A DNA stretch of 64,000 nt from Octopus sinensis (lineage: Eukaryota): the NCBI RefSeq assembly GCF_006345805.1, contig NC_043002.1, positions 47,988,001 through 48,052,000 of the forward strand. Reading direction: 5' to 3'. Below the pieces are notes generated by a model, which was given only the letters and a program-made list of their open reading frames with translations, did not search any database and was not told the origin of the DNA. Position 1 is the stretch's first letter. Each line of letters opens with the position of its first letter. The translations under genes were made by a program, and so were the position numbers. Below, piece by piece: positions 13,764-25,510 of this stretch.

Positions 13764-14634
13764 GGAGGTCTGATCAATAAATATCCGGACTGTTGCCATA
13801 ATAACAAAGCTAAAGCACACAGAATGAAGCTGCTTGGCAAAGATTGACCTTGAACTCTGTTGTGCATATGCACTAAGTTTCAACATTCTAGTTCACTTCT
13901 GCTGTTTACAGCAGTGCTTGGGAGGAAGGTGTGTAACATGTGGTCATTGCATTGACCATGACAGGGCAATACCTGCTCTCAGGCCTGCAGAAAGTGTATG
14001 GAAAGGAGTGTATGAGCTGCACAGAATTGCATGAGTGGTGCAGACATTTCCAAGATGGCCGAAAAATGTCAATATTGATGAATGCCCTGAGAGACCTGCA
14101 ACCAGCAGAACTGAGAACAACATCGCAGATGTGCATGCAGCTATGTGGGGAAATCATCAAATCACTATCCACGAGTTATCAGAGGATGTGCAGATTAGTT
14201 ACAGTTCAGTTCAATCCATTTTCACTGAAGATTTGGGTATGAGATGTGTGTCTATCAAGTTTGTGCCAAAACTGCTCTCAGCCGACCAAAAAGACACTCA
14301 AGTTTCAGTTGCACAAGATCTCCTTGATTGTGTTGAGAACAATGAATACCTTTTGAGATCTTTGTGTAGGCTTCTGAGCAGGTATCACCAAGCTTTTGGT
14401 AAAGTTTGATGCAGATTCTCTGCTTGACTTTCTTTGTCATGGTCAAATCGATGATCACACACTACACACCTTCCTTCCAAGCACTGCCATAAACAGTGGA
14501 AGTGAATTAGAATGTCAAAACTTTGTGTACATGCACAGCAGAGTTCAAGGTCAATCTGTGCCTAGTGGCTTCACTCTGTATGCTTTAGCTTTGTTACTAT
14601 AGCAACAGTCTGGCTACTTATTGATCAGACCACA
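13764..14634 (+). mobile_element. Internally rearranged mariner (DD34D-type) derivative with long inverted arms
   Basis: Ends ggaggtctgatcaataaatatccggactgttgc / gcaacagtctggctacttattgatcagacc with flanking TA; internal ORF gives the transposase N-terminus (RPATSRTENNI...DLGMRCVSIKFVPKLLSADQK); right ~270 bp is an inverted copy of the 5' end. Confidence 0.85.
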
Positions 14635-14639
14635 TATAT

Positions 14640-14675
14640 GTATGTATGTATGTATGTATGCATGTATATTAATAA

Positions 14676-14752
<77 letters not shown>

Positions 14753-14790
14753 ATATCTATATATGTGCATATATGTATGTACACATACAT
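14640..14790. repeat. Compound (TATG)n/(TA)n microsatellite
   Basis: Direct reading. Confidence 0.9.
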
Positions 14791-15681
14791 GCACAGAAAG
14801 ATATCAGGAAATGAACACAAAGATAAGACAACATGAGTGTTGCAAATTTTGACAAATTTGTTACTGTAACATTTAAAAGAAAGTGAAAGAGTCAACAGTT
14901 TTGACATTCTGGACACTAGTCCTTCAGAAGAAGAAAGATGTAAAAGAAAATATAAAGAATGAGAAAAGGTGGTGGGAAATAGAATTGAAGCATAACACAA
15001 AATTTCAGAACTGGTTATCCTTAGAAACATTTATATGAGACGGTTTGGCTTACATTGCCTAATTTGTTGAAGAGCTACAGATAAACATTTGAAACTTGGA
15101 AGAATGGTCTTGCATGCATAATCTAAGGGTCAGCTTGTGACAGAATAAATAATCACAATGGTATCAAGAAAGTGACCTTCATATATGTGTTAGATAGGTA
15201 TTAGCTCAACTTAATGCTGTGTACTCAGTAGTACAATGAGTACGTAAAAGTTGCTGAGAAACTGATGTAGAATCTATTGGATTAGTAAATTGTCAAGTCA
15301 CTCAGCACTGTTTTAAGGAATGGACACACTGAACAGTTGCCCAGGGGCTTCACAGGTCTTGGAGCCCAATCCTGAGGTAAGTATATTGTGGCTTGCCATC
15401 AATAAATACTACAAGATCCTGTGCATTCATTTGCCTGGAAGGTGCCTACAATGCTGTTAAGGCAGCTCTGAGATCACCCACGACAAGCAGCTCCTGAACA
15501 TGTTTTACCTCCAAGTAGTAGATAATTTATGCAAAACATAACTAATTGGTAATGATTCTATTAAAAATATAGTAATTAGGATAAAAAAATATATATGGTG
15601 TCGTTCAAGGAGCTATTTCTTTAGTTGATAGAAATGAGACAATTTTAAATAATAGCACCTTGAACTACTTAAAATTACATC

Positions 15682-16430
15682 TGAGGTGATATCTAAAAGT
15701 TCCTAGACTAGTTCTGTAGCATGCCAGCAGATGGCAGTGCATGATTGAATGCACAGTGAAAGCTAGCAGTGATCTTCATGAGGCAATGTGCTGAGTGACA
15801 TCGCTGTGTTCACTTTGCAAGTGGAATTTGTGTCTTTGTAATCACATGTGTGCTGTAGTCTGTGATTTTGTCTTGGACAGGAACAAAGAGGTAATGTGAA
15901 AATTTGCATTAAACTTGGGAAGTCTGCTACAGAGACATTGAGCATGCTGCAGCAAATGAGCTTCAACGATGAGGCAATGGGTTGTACACAATGTTTCGAG
16001 TGGAACAGGTGCTTCAAAAGCAGAAGAATGTCCCAGCAAGATGATGAGCTATCCGGAAGACATGCCATGTGTGGTACCCTTGGAAATGTGTAGAAAATTC
16101 ACCAGTTTGTGCATGAGAATCATTGGGGAACAATCAATGACCTTTTGAAGTGTTTGAGGAAGAACATTCGGTGAAAGCGATCGGATTTGTGGAGCCTGAA
16201 GAATTGGATTCTTCATAATGACAATGCAGCCTGTCACTGAGGTCTCCTCACCAAAAACAACATGGTATTGCTTCTGCACCCATCCTATTCACCAGATTCA
16301 GTACCTGCAGACTTCCATCTCTTCCTCAAGATGAAAACACTGCTCAAAGATTGCTGCTTTAATACCATTTTCAAAATCAGTTACTTTTCATTAAATGTAA
16401 CTAATCTGAGAACTTTTTGATACCACCTCG
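15682..16430 (+). mobile_element. Deleted mariner (DD34D-type) transposon
   Basis: TIRs gaggtgatatctaaaagttc / gaactttttgataccacctcg+TA; fragments translate to KICIKLGKSATETLSML...FEWNRCFK, WILHNDNA and HPSYSPDSVPADFHLF (YSPDLAP-like). Confidence 0.85.
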
Positions 16431-17418
16431 TATGCTTCAAACAGTTTGAGAATACTTGTCAAGGAAAGCAAGGGAGAGAAGCCTAAAATTAAAACAACAC
16501 TTTATGGGTCTTGTGGAAACAAGTTTGATCTTAGATTACTAGTGGCAACTTTGGATATGTTTCAGTTTAATTAGACCTCCTCAATGATTCATAGTGTAAA
16601 GAGACTTGAAAATGACTTGAAAGGATGTAGCTTTTGTATGAAATTTATTCACTTGTTAGGGAATATAAAATAATATGGCATATGAAAATTTCTCAGGATG
16701 CCTTCTGCATAAAGTTCATATGATTAAGTGCAGACAACATAGTGCTGTGCCTAACCTCCCCAAATCACTACTTGTAATTTATTTTTCCAATCTGATCCCG
16801 TAGCTCTTCATCAATTTTTTATCAGCTGTTAACTGATTGAAATTACACTAACAATGAGTAAGAAAATCATATTTTCTTAAGAAATGCATAAGTAAATATG
16901 GACAGCCAAAACCTCATAGATTTAAGCAGCAATAATTTTATTAGTTTTATCATTGGTGCTCTAAATACACTATATTACAAACATTTTCAGCAATGCCTGA
17001 CAGGAATCTCTGAATAACAGGACCTAGTATTAACATTAGTATACTACTAATGTAAAACTGTACTAAATCAAAATATCATTAAGTGGTGATAAACTGATAG
17101 ACTTAATAAATCACCAGTATTAACTTCTACTGAATAAATTTACAATTTGGAACTCTAATTTATTAATGAAGTGTATTAATCTAATGAGAACATATTTAAT
17201 TTTTTTTAAATGAAAGCAAACAAATACTTAAGATATAAGTAAATGTTTAAATTTTAGTGAAACGTTTAATTTCAAAAATTGGCTTCAATTTAAATTAATG
17301 AAATGCTTTTAGCTTGCTTTCAGTAAGATTATAAAATATACTGTAACAAAATTAAACATATGTTAAAATAAAAAAGTAAAGAAAATAGTCCTCACGGCAT
17401 TGAACCAGGATTTCAGAC

Positions 17419-17450
17419 ACTTACCTAAAAATAAAGAAACAAATGAGTCA
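17419..17450 (-). promoter_or_regulatory. Candidate recursive splice site (3'ss AG directly followed by 5'ss GTAAGT)
   Basis: Minus strand tgactcat-ttgtttctttattttTAG|GTAAGTgt; junction 17425/17424; lies in non-repeat sequence. Confidence 0.5.
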
Positions 17451-17639
17451 AAATTCTTTAAAAATAAAATGGAATATCATCATCATCATCACTATTTACA
17501 ACTTCTCAGAGAATATCAAATTAGAAATGGATTTAGGTAAAATTTAAGAATTAATAGTGAATTATATGTAAAGCAATGTAGAGAAACTTCGACATTTTTG
17601 TTAGAATTATGAGATTCATAAATCAATTTGGTTTATGAT

Positions 17640-18060
17640 AATGTGTGGTTGTGTGGTCAAAAATTTCCAACCTACATGGTTCTGGTTTCAGTTCCACTGT
17701 GTGTTACCTTGGGCACATCTCTTCTACCATAGCCCCAGTCCAACCAAAGTCTTGTAGAGAGAAACTTAACAAAGCTCACTGTGTGCGCACGCATGTGTGT
17801 GTGTGTGTGTGTGTGTACAAGATAATGTGTATATCTATGTATGTGTGTCTTTTTGTTAGTGTGTGTGTGTCCCCCTTCCACTACTTGACAGCTGGTATCA
17901 ATTTATTTGTGCCTCTATAATTTCGCAGTTCGGCAACAGAGAGCCACAGAATAAGTACCAAACTTAAAAAGGAAAAAAATAAGTACTGGGATCTATTCAT
18001 TTGACTGAAAGCCCTCAAGTATGACCACAGTCCAATAACTAAAACAAGTAAAGGACAAAA
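17640..18060 (+). mobile_element. SINE family A, diverged
   Basis: gtggttgtgtggt...accttgggcac...(TG)n...gaataagtac...aagtactgggatc. Confidence 0.8.
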
Positions 18061-18274
18061 GTTACATAGACAATATACACACACATATATATATATATAT
18101 ATGTACGTATATGTATATATGTTACGGAGATGTACTTGCATAGCAAGTGACCTGATCTGAGATTGTGTGCTGGAATGAAAACAATTGCAGTGTGGAAGGT
18201 GTTTATAAGCCATTTAAGAAACACACAAAATCCGTTAGATTCACTTCAACATTTAAATTTAATTTGTCAAAATA

Positions 18275-18374
18275 TTTTCGTCGCTTTAAGACAACGACCT
18301 GTTCACTGACAAATTTCCGTGTTGCAACATGGAAATTTGGCAGTGAACAGGTCATGATCTCAAAGCGACGAAAA
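18275..18374. repeat. 100-bp spacerless palindrome at the end of a repeat fragment (~18122-18390)
   Basis: Centre gttg|caac at 18324/18325; 44 of 50 positions are Watson-Crick complementary. Confidence 0.9.
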
Positions 18375-20338
18375 AACTGTTGTGTATACACAACAATGTG
18401 TAAGTCAGTGTTAATGAGTGAGTTGCTCAGGATTTGTAGATATGTTCTTCACTAAATGCATGCAATATAAATATGAATGAACAACTTGAGAGTTTGTGGT
18501 TCTGGATTTCTGGAGGCAGTTCCACATAACTTTCTTTACATTAATCTTTAATAGTGCACTCTGAATTGAGCTCTTCTAATCAGGATTTCTATGTCAATAG
18601 TGATCTAACCCAGTCTATCGAAGTATGCAAGCATATGCTATTTTTCAAAATGTTAAAATATTTGACTCTGTCAACTGTCTTTCTAATGACCTCACATCCA
18701 ATGTTTCAAGGATGATGGAGACATTTGTATGCAGCAACTTCCCTTAGTTAGTACTTGTGTAGTGGAATTAGAAATATAGAAATCTCAAACTTTCATGTCA
18801 CATGTCAAAAAACTCACTTTTAAAACTTTGGTATAAACAATATTGTTGCTTTTCATATCAGAAAAGCCTTCAAACATGTTTTGCATGATAACTTCTTAGC
18901 TCTGTTGCATGACTCTGGATTCCACAAATCTCTCATTTCTATGATTAGAGATTTTATTCTAAAGTTACTTCACTTCTTAACTTTCTGAGCACCAATGTAA
19001 AAGAAATACAGCATAGACACTTCACTCTAGATGTGCTCTGTTCCTACACACAGAAACTTTGAAAGCTTCTTTCAGTGGGAGAACTAAGAATTACTGCACA
19101 CATTGAAAAAAGCTTGGCACAAGTCACTTAAGAAGGAAAATATTCATACCAAAAGATTAGGTGACTTATTCTAAACCTGAAAATACTTCAGATATAATCA
19201 AGTATCGACAAAGCTAGCATATGACCCACATTAGACTACTGACTGATTGCACCCTAGATAACATCCCAATGAAAATGAAGAAAAGTGACTAATTAGTACA
19301 TACTGATAAGCACATTAGACCTTAACTCACAAAGATGCAATTTCTTCTCACTGATCCTTCTACTAACTACTATAGGATTTGCTACTATAGGAGTTTCTGG
19401 TTCTCTGAATCAGGGAGCTGTGTACCATTTCTGAGCAAACTACTTAATGCATCCATTACTTCCCTTTTCATCATCTTTATTATAACACACCCTTCAATTT
19501 CCACATCAAACATTTTGACTAAGCAATCTACCATAGTCCATATCTTCCTATAGGTATTAACGTAAGTAAATGAAGCTGAATATCAACTGCAATGATCTCA
19601 TTACTCCACAATTGCTAGCAAAAACCAAGGGTATCTTCTTCTTGTGACTAATTATTGATATTTTGAACACTTGCTATCTCATTACATGCAATTTTATGCT
19701 TCAGTTTCAGGAGTAAATTTGTTTTGCTATTAAGGATTAATTAGGTTGCAGCATATTGCTGTATATAATTAATGTCATTGAAGTAGTTGTTTCTAAGTGA
19801 AATCATTCAGATAAAATTCCAGAATTATTTTCTCTTTAAGTAGCAAAATGAAGGGAATGTAGAGAAAAATGTGGAGGAATAATCAGAAAAGCTATTTGGA
19901 GATATGTAAACTGCAAAAAATACATTAACTTGCAAATTATGATTTCATGAATTATTTGATAAAAATATCTTTGAAACATTTTCAAAAATGTACAAAAAGC
20001 TTAACTACTTACAACACTTTTCAAATTACTTAAAAATTGTTATTTGGTAAATATCAAACTTGAATTTTTAAATAAATAACATGTTATATGTAATACAAAT
20101 GTCTCTGAATACAATAGAATACAAATTTATTTTAGGTAAATAAGCCTTGTCACTAAATTCAGAAGATGGAAACCTACACACACACACACACACACATATA
20201 TATACATAAAGCTAGAACATTCCAAAGCTACACATAGATATGTCTGAACATTTGTAGAGATGAGCCACATTTGGAATAAAGAATTCAAATTCTCCACTTT
20301 ACCTTCAAACATTCAATTTTAGGGAGGTTTCCTTGATG

Positions 20339-20372
<34 letters not shown>

Positions 20373-20399
20373 ATATTTCTGTATGTGCATGTTCAGTTG

Positions 20400-20770
20400 G
20401 GAATATGTCCATGTTTATACAGTGTAACTTTGATCACACCACTTTCAATTCCATGATACTGTCTATGCTTTTCTTTCAAAAATTCAACTTTGTATAGAAT
20501 TTTTTGATGATGGCCCCTGTGCAAAGACAATCTAAACATGGACAGATGTTGTAGCAAATCACCGGTAGAGCAGAAATGGTGTGAGATTGGAGTGTCATTG
20601 CTGAGTATGATATGTTGGAGGTGTTCCACAAATCAGTCAGCCAAGTGCCGTCCCATTTGACCAATATACAGGGAAGGACAGAGAGAGCAGGAGATGCTGT
20701 AAATAACATTACTAGAGGTGCAGGTAAAGGAGTCGGTGATGTGTTAGGGACAGAAATGTATGACAGTGAC
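20400..20770 (-). mobile_element. Penelope-like retroelement fragment, GIY-YIG endonuclease region
   Basis: Minus translation HITDSFTCTSSNVIYSISCSLCPSLYIGQMGRHLAD*FVEHLQHI (VIY...CxxC...YIG) with an in-frame stop. Confidence 0.8.
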
Positions 20771-20987
20771 ACCCCTTTTACATGACAGCTTTGCATGATA
20801 GTTGTAAAATGAGTTTCTGTGTCATACATTTTCATTCCTCAATGGAAACATCTCCAGTTATGAAGAAATATTACTTAGGAACAAGCGAGTGTTAGTGACT
20901 GGAAGGGTATTTGACAATAGAAAGTCTATCTCAATGCATGCTGAGTCATGCTAGCAAGAAGTAGACACTGGTCATGGGTGATGGCAG

Positions 20988-21080
20988 CTGTTGTTGTTGT
21001 TGTTGTTGTTGTTGTTGTAATGGTGGTGGTGGTACAGTAGTGGTGATGATGATGATGATGATGGTGACAATAATGATAAT
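20988..21080. repeat. Compound trinucleotide repeat (TTG)n(TGG)n(TGA)n
   Basis: Direct reading; explains the polyQ/P/I ORF at 20946-21128. Confidence 0.9.
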
Positions 21081-22074
21081 GGCAGTTTTCCATTGCAGAA
21101 TAATATAAAAGTTGTTACTTAGCCACATATAAATTCTGAGAGAAGAAGACCATTTACCAAGGCCATCCCAGCCATTACCTTACCATTAATTCTTAAGGAA
21201 ATGTGTGATACAAATACCAGCAGCAGCAATATTTACTATGTCCTTTAAACAGGTGGGTGTAAGTGGAGGGAGATTTTTTAAAGTTATTTCTAGCATGTTT
21301 AGTGACTATGTAGAACACAAAGAGTATTCAGTCATGGGCTTAAATAGCTTATACATATATTTCTATAGCACAGTGATTGAGAGTACAGTTAATCAAAATA
21401 AAATATTTTATAACCAAAGTTATATATCTTCTCATGACAAACTATTTTAGATTAATCAAATTTACAAACATAAAATGTGTAAAAATATATATCATAAGGA
21501 ACATTTTATTGTGCTAGACTGTTTTTATTTTCACATATACTTATTTGATACAATTCCATAAAATGAGCAGAAGGTTTTGTATTTCTGTATAGTAGAAGTT
21601 AATCATTGACAGAATGGTAAATCAAGTGATAAAATGTAAGATTTGTGTTGTTGCGTGTTTTATCAGTACTGTATAGAAAATTTACAGGAGGAAAGACCTT
21701 CCAGGCATAATGGACTTCAGATTGTTGAAAACAGATATATGTTGTAATTAGTTTTTGTAGAGCAGTGAACCCATATTAAAAGACATCTGAAGCATTTAAT
21801 CAATAGTAATACTTTATTTAAAGTCACAACTAGATGTGTAAATCAGTGTGTATGCTCAAAGATTACAATCTTCCCAGCTGCAGATATCTTTGTACTTGAA
21901 ACTATGTACATCCTTAAAGGATCTTTGAAAGGTCAATTCTAGAATTTATAAATCTGAGCTAGGTCAGATAAGATTTTCAACTTTTACACTGCATTCCTTA
22001 CAACCAACATCAAATAGCTTCAAAATACTTAAACACAAAGAAAAAAGTCACAGGCAAAGCCGTCTAATGTAAAT

Positions 22075-22295
22075 ATTGCTTTCACACTTTGGCACAAGAC
22101 CAGTAATTTGAGTGGAGGGAATAATTTGATTATATTAATCCCAATGCTCAGCTAGTACATATTTTATTGACCCTGAAAGAATGAAAGACAAAGTCAACTT
22201 CGGCAGAATATGAACACAGATCATAAAAATAGACAAAATTTTGTGAAGTATTTTGCCTAGCATGATAAAAATTCTGTTGGCGCACCACTCTGCTT
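22075..22295 (-). mobile_element. SINE family B
   Basis: tttattgaccctgaaagaatgaaagacaaagtcaacttcggcagaat. Confidence 0.75.
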
Positions 22296-22419
22296 TCTTA
22301 ACAAATGTAAAAATTAAAATCATTAAACATAACCTTATGCTTAGCTATATCTTAGATAGAGACAAACATCTGTCCATCTCTCTGTCATCATCATCATCAT
22401 CATTATCATTGTTTAATCT

Positions 22420-22812
22420 CTTTTACTCTTTTACTTGTTTCAGTCATTTGACTGTGGCCATGCTGGAGCACCGCTTTTAGTCAAGCAAATCGACCCCAGG
22501 ACTTATTCTTTGGAAGCCTAGTACTTATTCTATTAGTCTCTTTTGCCGAACCGCTAAGTTACAGGGACATAACACACCAGCATCGGTTGTCAAGCGATGT
22601 TGGGGGGGGACAAACACAGACATACAAACATACACACACATATATATATACAAATATACAATGGGTTTCTTTCAGTTTCCGTTTACCAAATCCTCTCACA
22701 AGGCTTTGGTTGGCCCAAGGCTATAGTAGCTCAAGGTGCCACGCAGTGGGACTGAACCCAGAACCATGTGGCTGGTAAGCGAGCTACTTACCACACAGCC
22801 ACTCCCACGCCT
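22420..22812 (-). mobile_element. SINE family A, young copy inserted in a family D repeat
   Basis: High identity to the reverse of 12944-13365; family D (CAT)n tail precedes it and the family D body resumes at ~22813. Confidence 0.88.
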
Positions 22813-23155
22813 ATAATGTCTACTTTTCCATGCTTGCATAATTCAAATAGAATTTTGTTGATGCAAATTTTCTACAACTAAATATCCTTCATGTCACCAA
22901 CTACTAGCCCACATCTGTTTCCATATGAGGTAACATTTCTCTATGGCCTGATATGTATTTTTCACAGAAGACTAGAAATAAACAACATTGCTGGTATGGT
23001 GGTGATATTTAATTGTAACGATGTCGAGATAAGAGTACACACACACACACACACGAACACACGCACACACATACACACACATGTACATGAACACACACAC
23101 ATAAATACATATATGCATATATATTCATATATACAACAGGCTTCTGTCAGTTTCT

Positions 23156-23379
23156 TATTTCTTTATTGCCCACAAGGGGCTAAACATAGAGGGGACAAAC
23201 AAGGACAGACAAAGGGATTAAGTCGATTACATCGACCCCAGTGCATAACTGGTACTTAATTTATCAACTCCGAAAGGACGAAAGGCAAAGTTGACCTTGG
23301 CAGAATTTGAACTCAGAATGTAAGAGCAGATGAAATACCACTAAGCATTTCGTCCGGCGTGCTAACATTTCTGCTAGCT
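23156..23379 (-). mobile_element. SINE family B nested in a family A copy, with 11-bp TSD
   Basis: tgtcagtttct at 23145-23155 and 23380-23390 flanks the insert; family A sequence continues on both sides. Confidence 0.85.
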
Positions 23380-25245
23380 TGTCAGTTTCTGTCTATCAAA
23401 TCCACTCACAAGACTAGTAGAAGGCATTTGCTCAATGGTACTAAACCCAACACCACATAGTTGGGATGTAAACTTCATGATTACATTGCCACACTTATGT
23501 CTTTATACTATATGCTATAATTTTAATAGAAAGAATGAGAAATAAAATGAAAATACTAAAATAATATATATGATGCCAAGAGAATTAGCAGATAAATAAA
23601 ATGATCAGTTATATGATAGTAATGACAACAAACCTCAGTAATGACAAAAAAACACTGGTATATTGTAAGATAAAGCCGTAGTACGAGCAACAAGGGAATG
23701 GATGATGCAGGTATTCATTTATGGAAATGAATCTATTATCTGCAAAATCTCTAACAAAAAGCCTGTCAAACAATTGGTTACTTAACAGTTACCATACTTG
23801 CTATTTCTGAGTCAGATTGACTTTAGTGTGAGCAGGAAAATAGACAAATTGTTATTATAAAATATCCCTTATGACAAAGTCATTCACCAACATAGATGAG
23901 TGGTTAATGGGATCAATTTGAAAGTTATGTAAGACAAACAACTAAGACAATGAAAATTTAAAAGCTAAAAGATCACTCCTAGAGATATAACTTCTATATG
24001 ATACCAACAACAGAGGCAGAAATACAGAAGCTGAGAACAACAGGATATTATTGACAACCTACTAGTCTATCTACAACAGTAACTGATTAAGTTAGAATAG
24101 TGGCTCAATGAAAACAATAGATAACATGATGGTGAGATATAGTTATAAACATAACTATACAGGATGTGTCTATATTGAAACATGTAAACGAAAAAAAAAA
24201 AAGCATAGGAAATCATAAATATAGAATAAGTAAATTCTAAATGTTATGTGATAGCTTTTAGTAAAATAGAGCAGAATGTTTTTTAAATTGTAAGACACAA
24301 GAAGTAACAAGTGTTTGATATTGAGAGGTATTCCTGATAAATTAAATTCTTTGAATGTGAGGACATATTTGAATGTGTTTATATTTACTTAGTGGCAACG
24401 TAAAAAGATTTTAAAGTATCCAAATGAAAATTTGTTAAATAATAAGTATGAATTTAATTGTGATAACTAATCCTCAACAGAGCTCAGAAAGGCACTAGCA
24501 AGGAAGACAATCATAAAGAACTTAGAAATATTTTAGTCAGTCTTCACCTGTCCACCTATCTATCCTCTTTTAATAACAACCTGCTTGAGGCCACATCTTG
24601 TTTGATGATACAAAAGTCTTAAATTTTATATAGTGTTAATATTTAAATTGAAACATTTTCTTAAAACTCTAAGTAAAAAAGAAAAAAAAACCCACTTGTT
24701 ATATTCCAAATACCCGTATATTGATGAAAAATCAATTATTTTACAAAGCCCTAGAAATTCTTGATTACTTTCAAAATTAATAAGAAATATAGCTATGAAA
24801 GGGTTATGGGTATAAACAGATATATTGCTAAAAGGATAAATTGCTGGAATCTCAAGTAAATAAATATCTTTGGGAAGATAGTAATAAAAGTTCCATCAAG
24901 GTTTAGTGCATAATATTGCTGGTTGGATAGAGTGAAGTTTATGTGTTTGACATGGTATATTTCAAGGGAAATTGCAGCTCTATCAAGCATTTATCTACAC
25001 ATAAAAGACCTTTGATTCTCTGATGAATATTTAGAAAGCGATATGATGAATGAATGTGTTACAAGGACAGTTCAGACTGTGCATGTTTTACTTCTTCTTT
25101 TAAATAGGATTAGTTGAAAATTCATTGGTTATATGGATATTCATCAATGATTTGTCTTCAAGTTAGGGTAAATAAAACTACAGAAGTTCAAACATGTATG
25201 CAGACTTGAATTTGTGTACATTTTATCGCTGAATGTAAAAGTAAG

Positions 25246-25510
25246 ATATAGATTGTTGACATGAAATATTACATAGAAAATATTATGTTAATAGTAGGAG
25301 CACCAGAATCTCCAAAACATAAGAGAAGCCATATTACTTGTCATGCAGTAACCTCTATTTTATAGCTGAATACAAAAAGGAAAATATAGATTGCTGACAT
25401 GAAATATTTCATGGATAATATTAATAATAGGAACACCAGAATCCCAAAGTGGAAGAGGAGTTATTACTTGTCATGTAGGAATTCAATATCATGTTGGTGA
25501 GTGCAAAATG
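25246..25510. repeat. Diverged tandem duplication, 138-bp period
   Basis: atatagattg(t/c)tgacatgaaatatt...caccagaatc...tattacttgtcatg starts at 25246 and 25384. Confidence 0.85.

Noticed and set aside
14880-15300. Possible additional Penelope-like terminal fragment
   Set aside because: Only a vague resemblance with no translatable diagnostic motif; not supportable without a library search
20946-21128. PolyQ/polyP-containing ORF
   Set aside because: Product of trinucleotide microsatellites at a repeat tail; no splice or coding context
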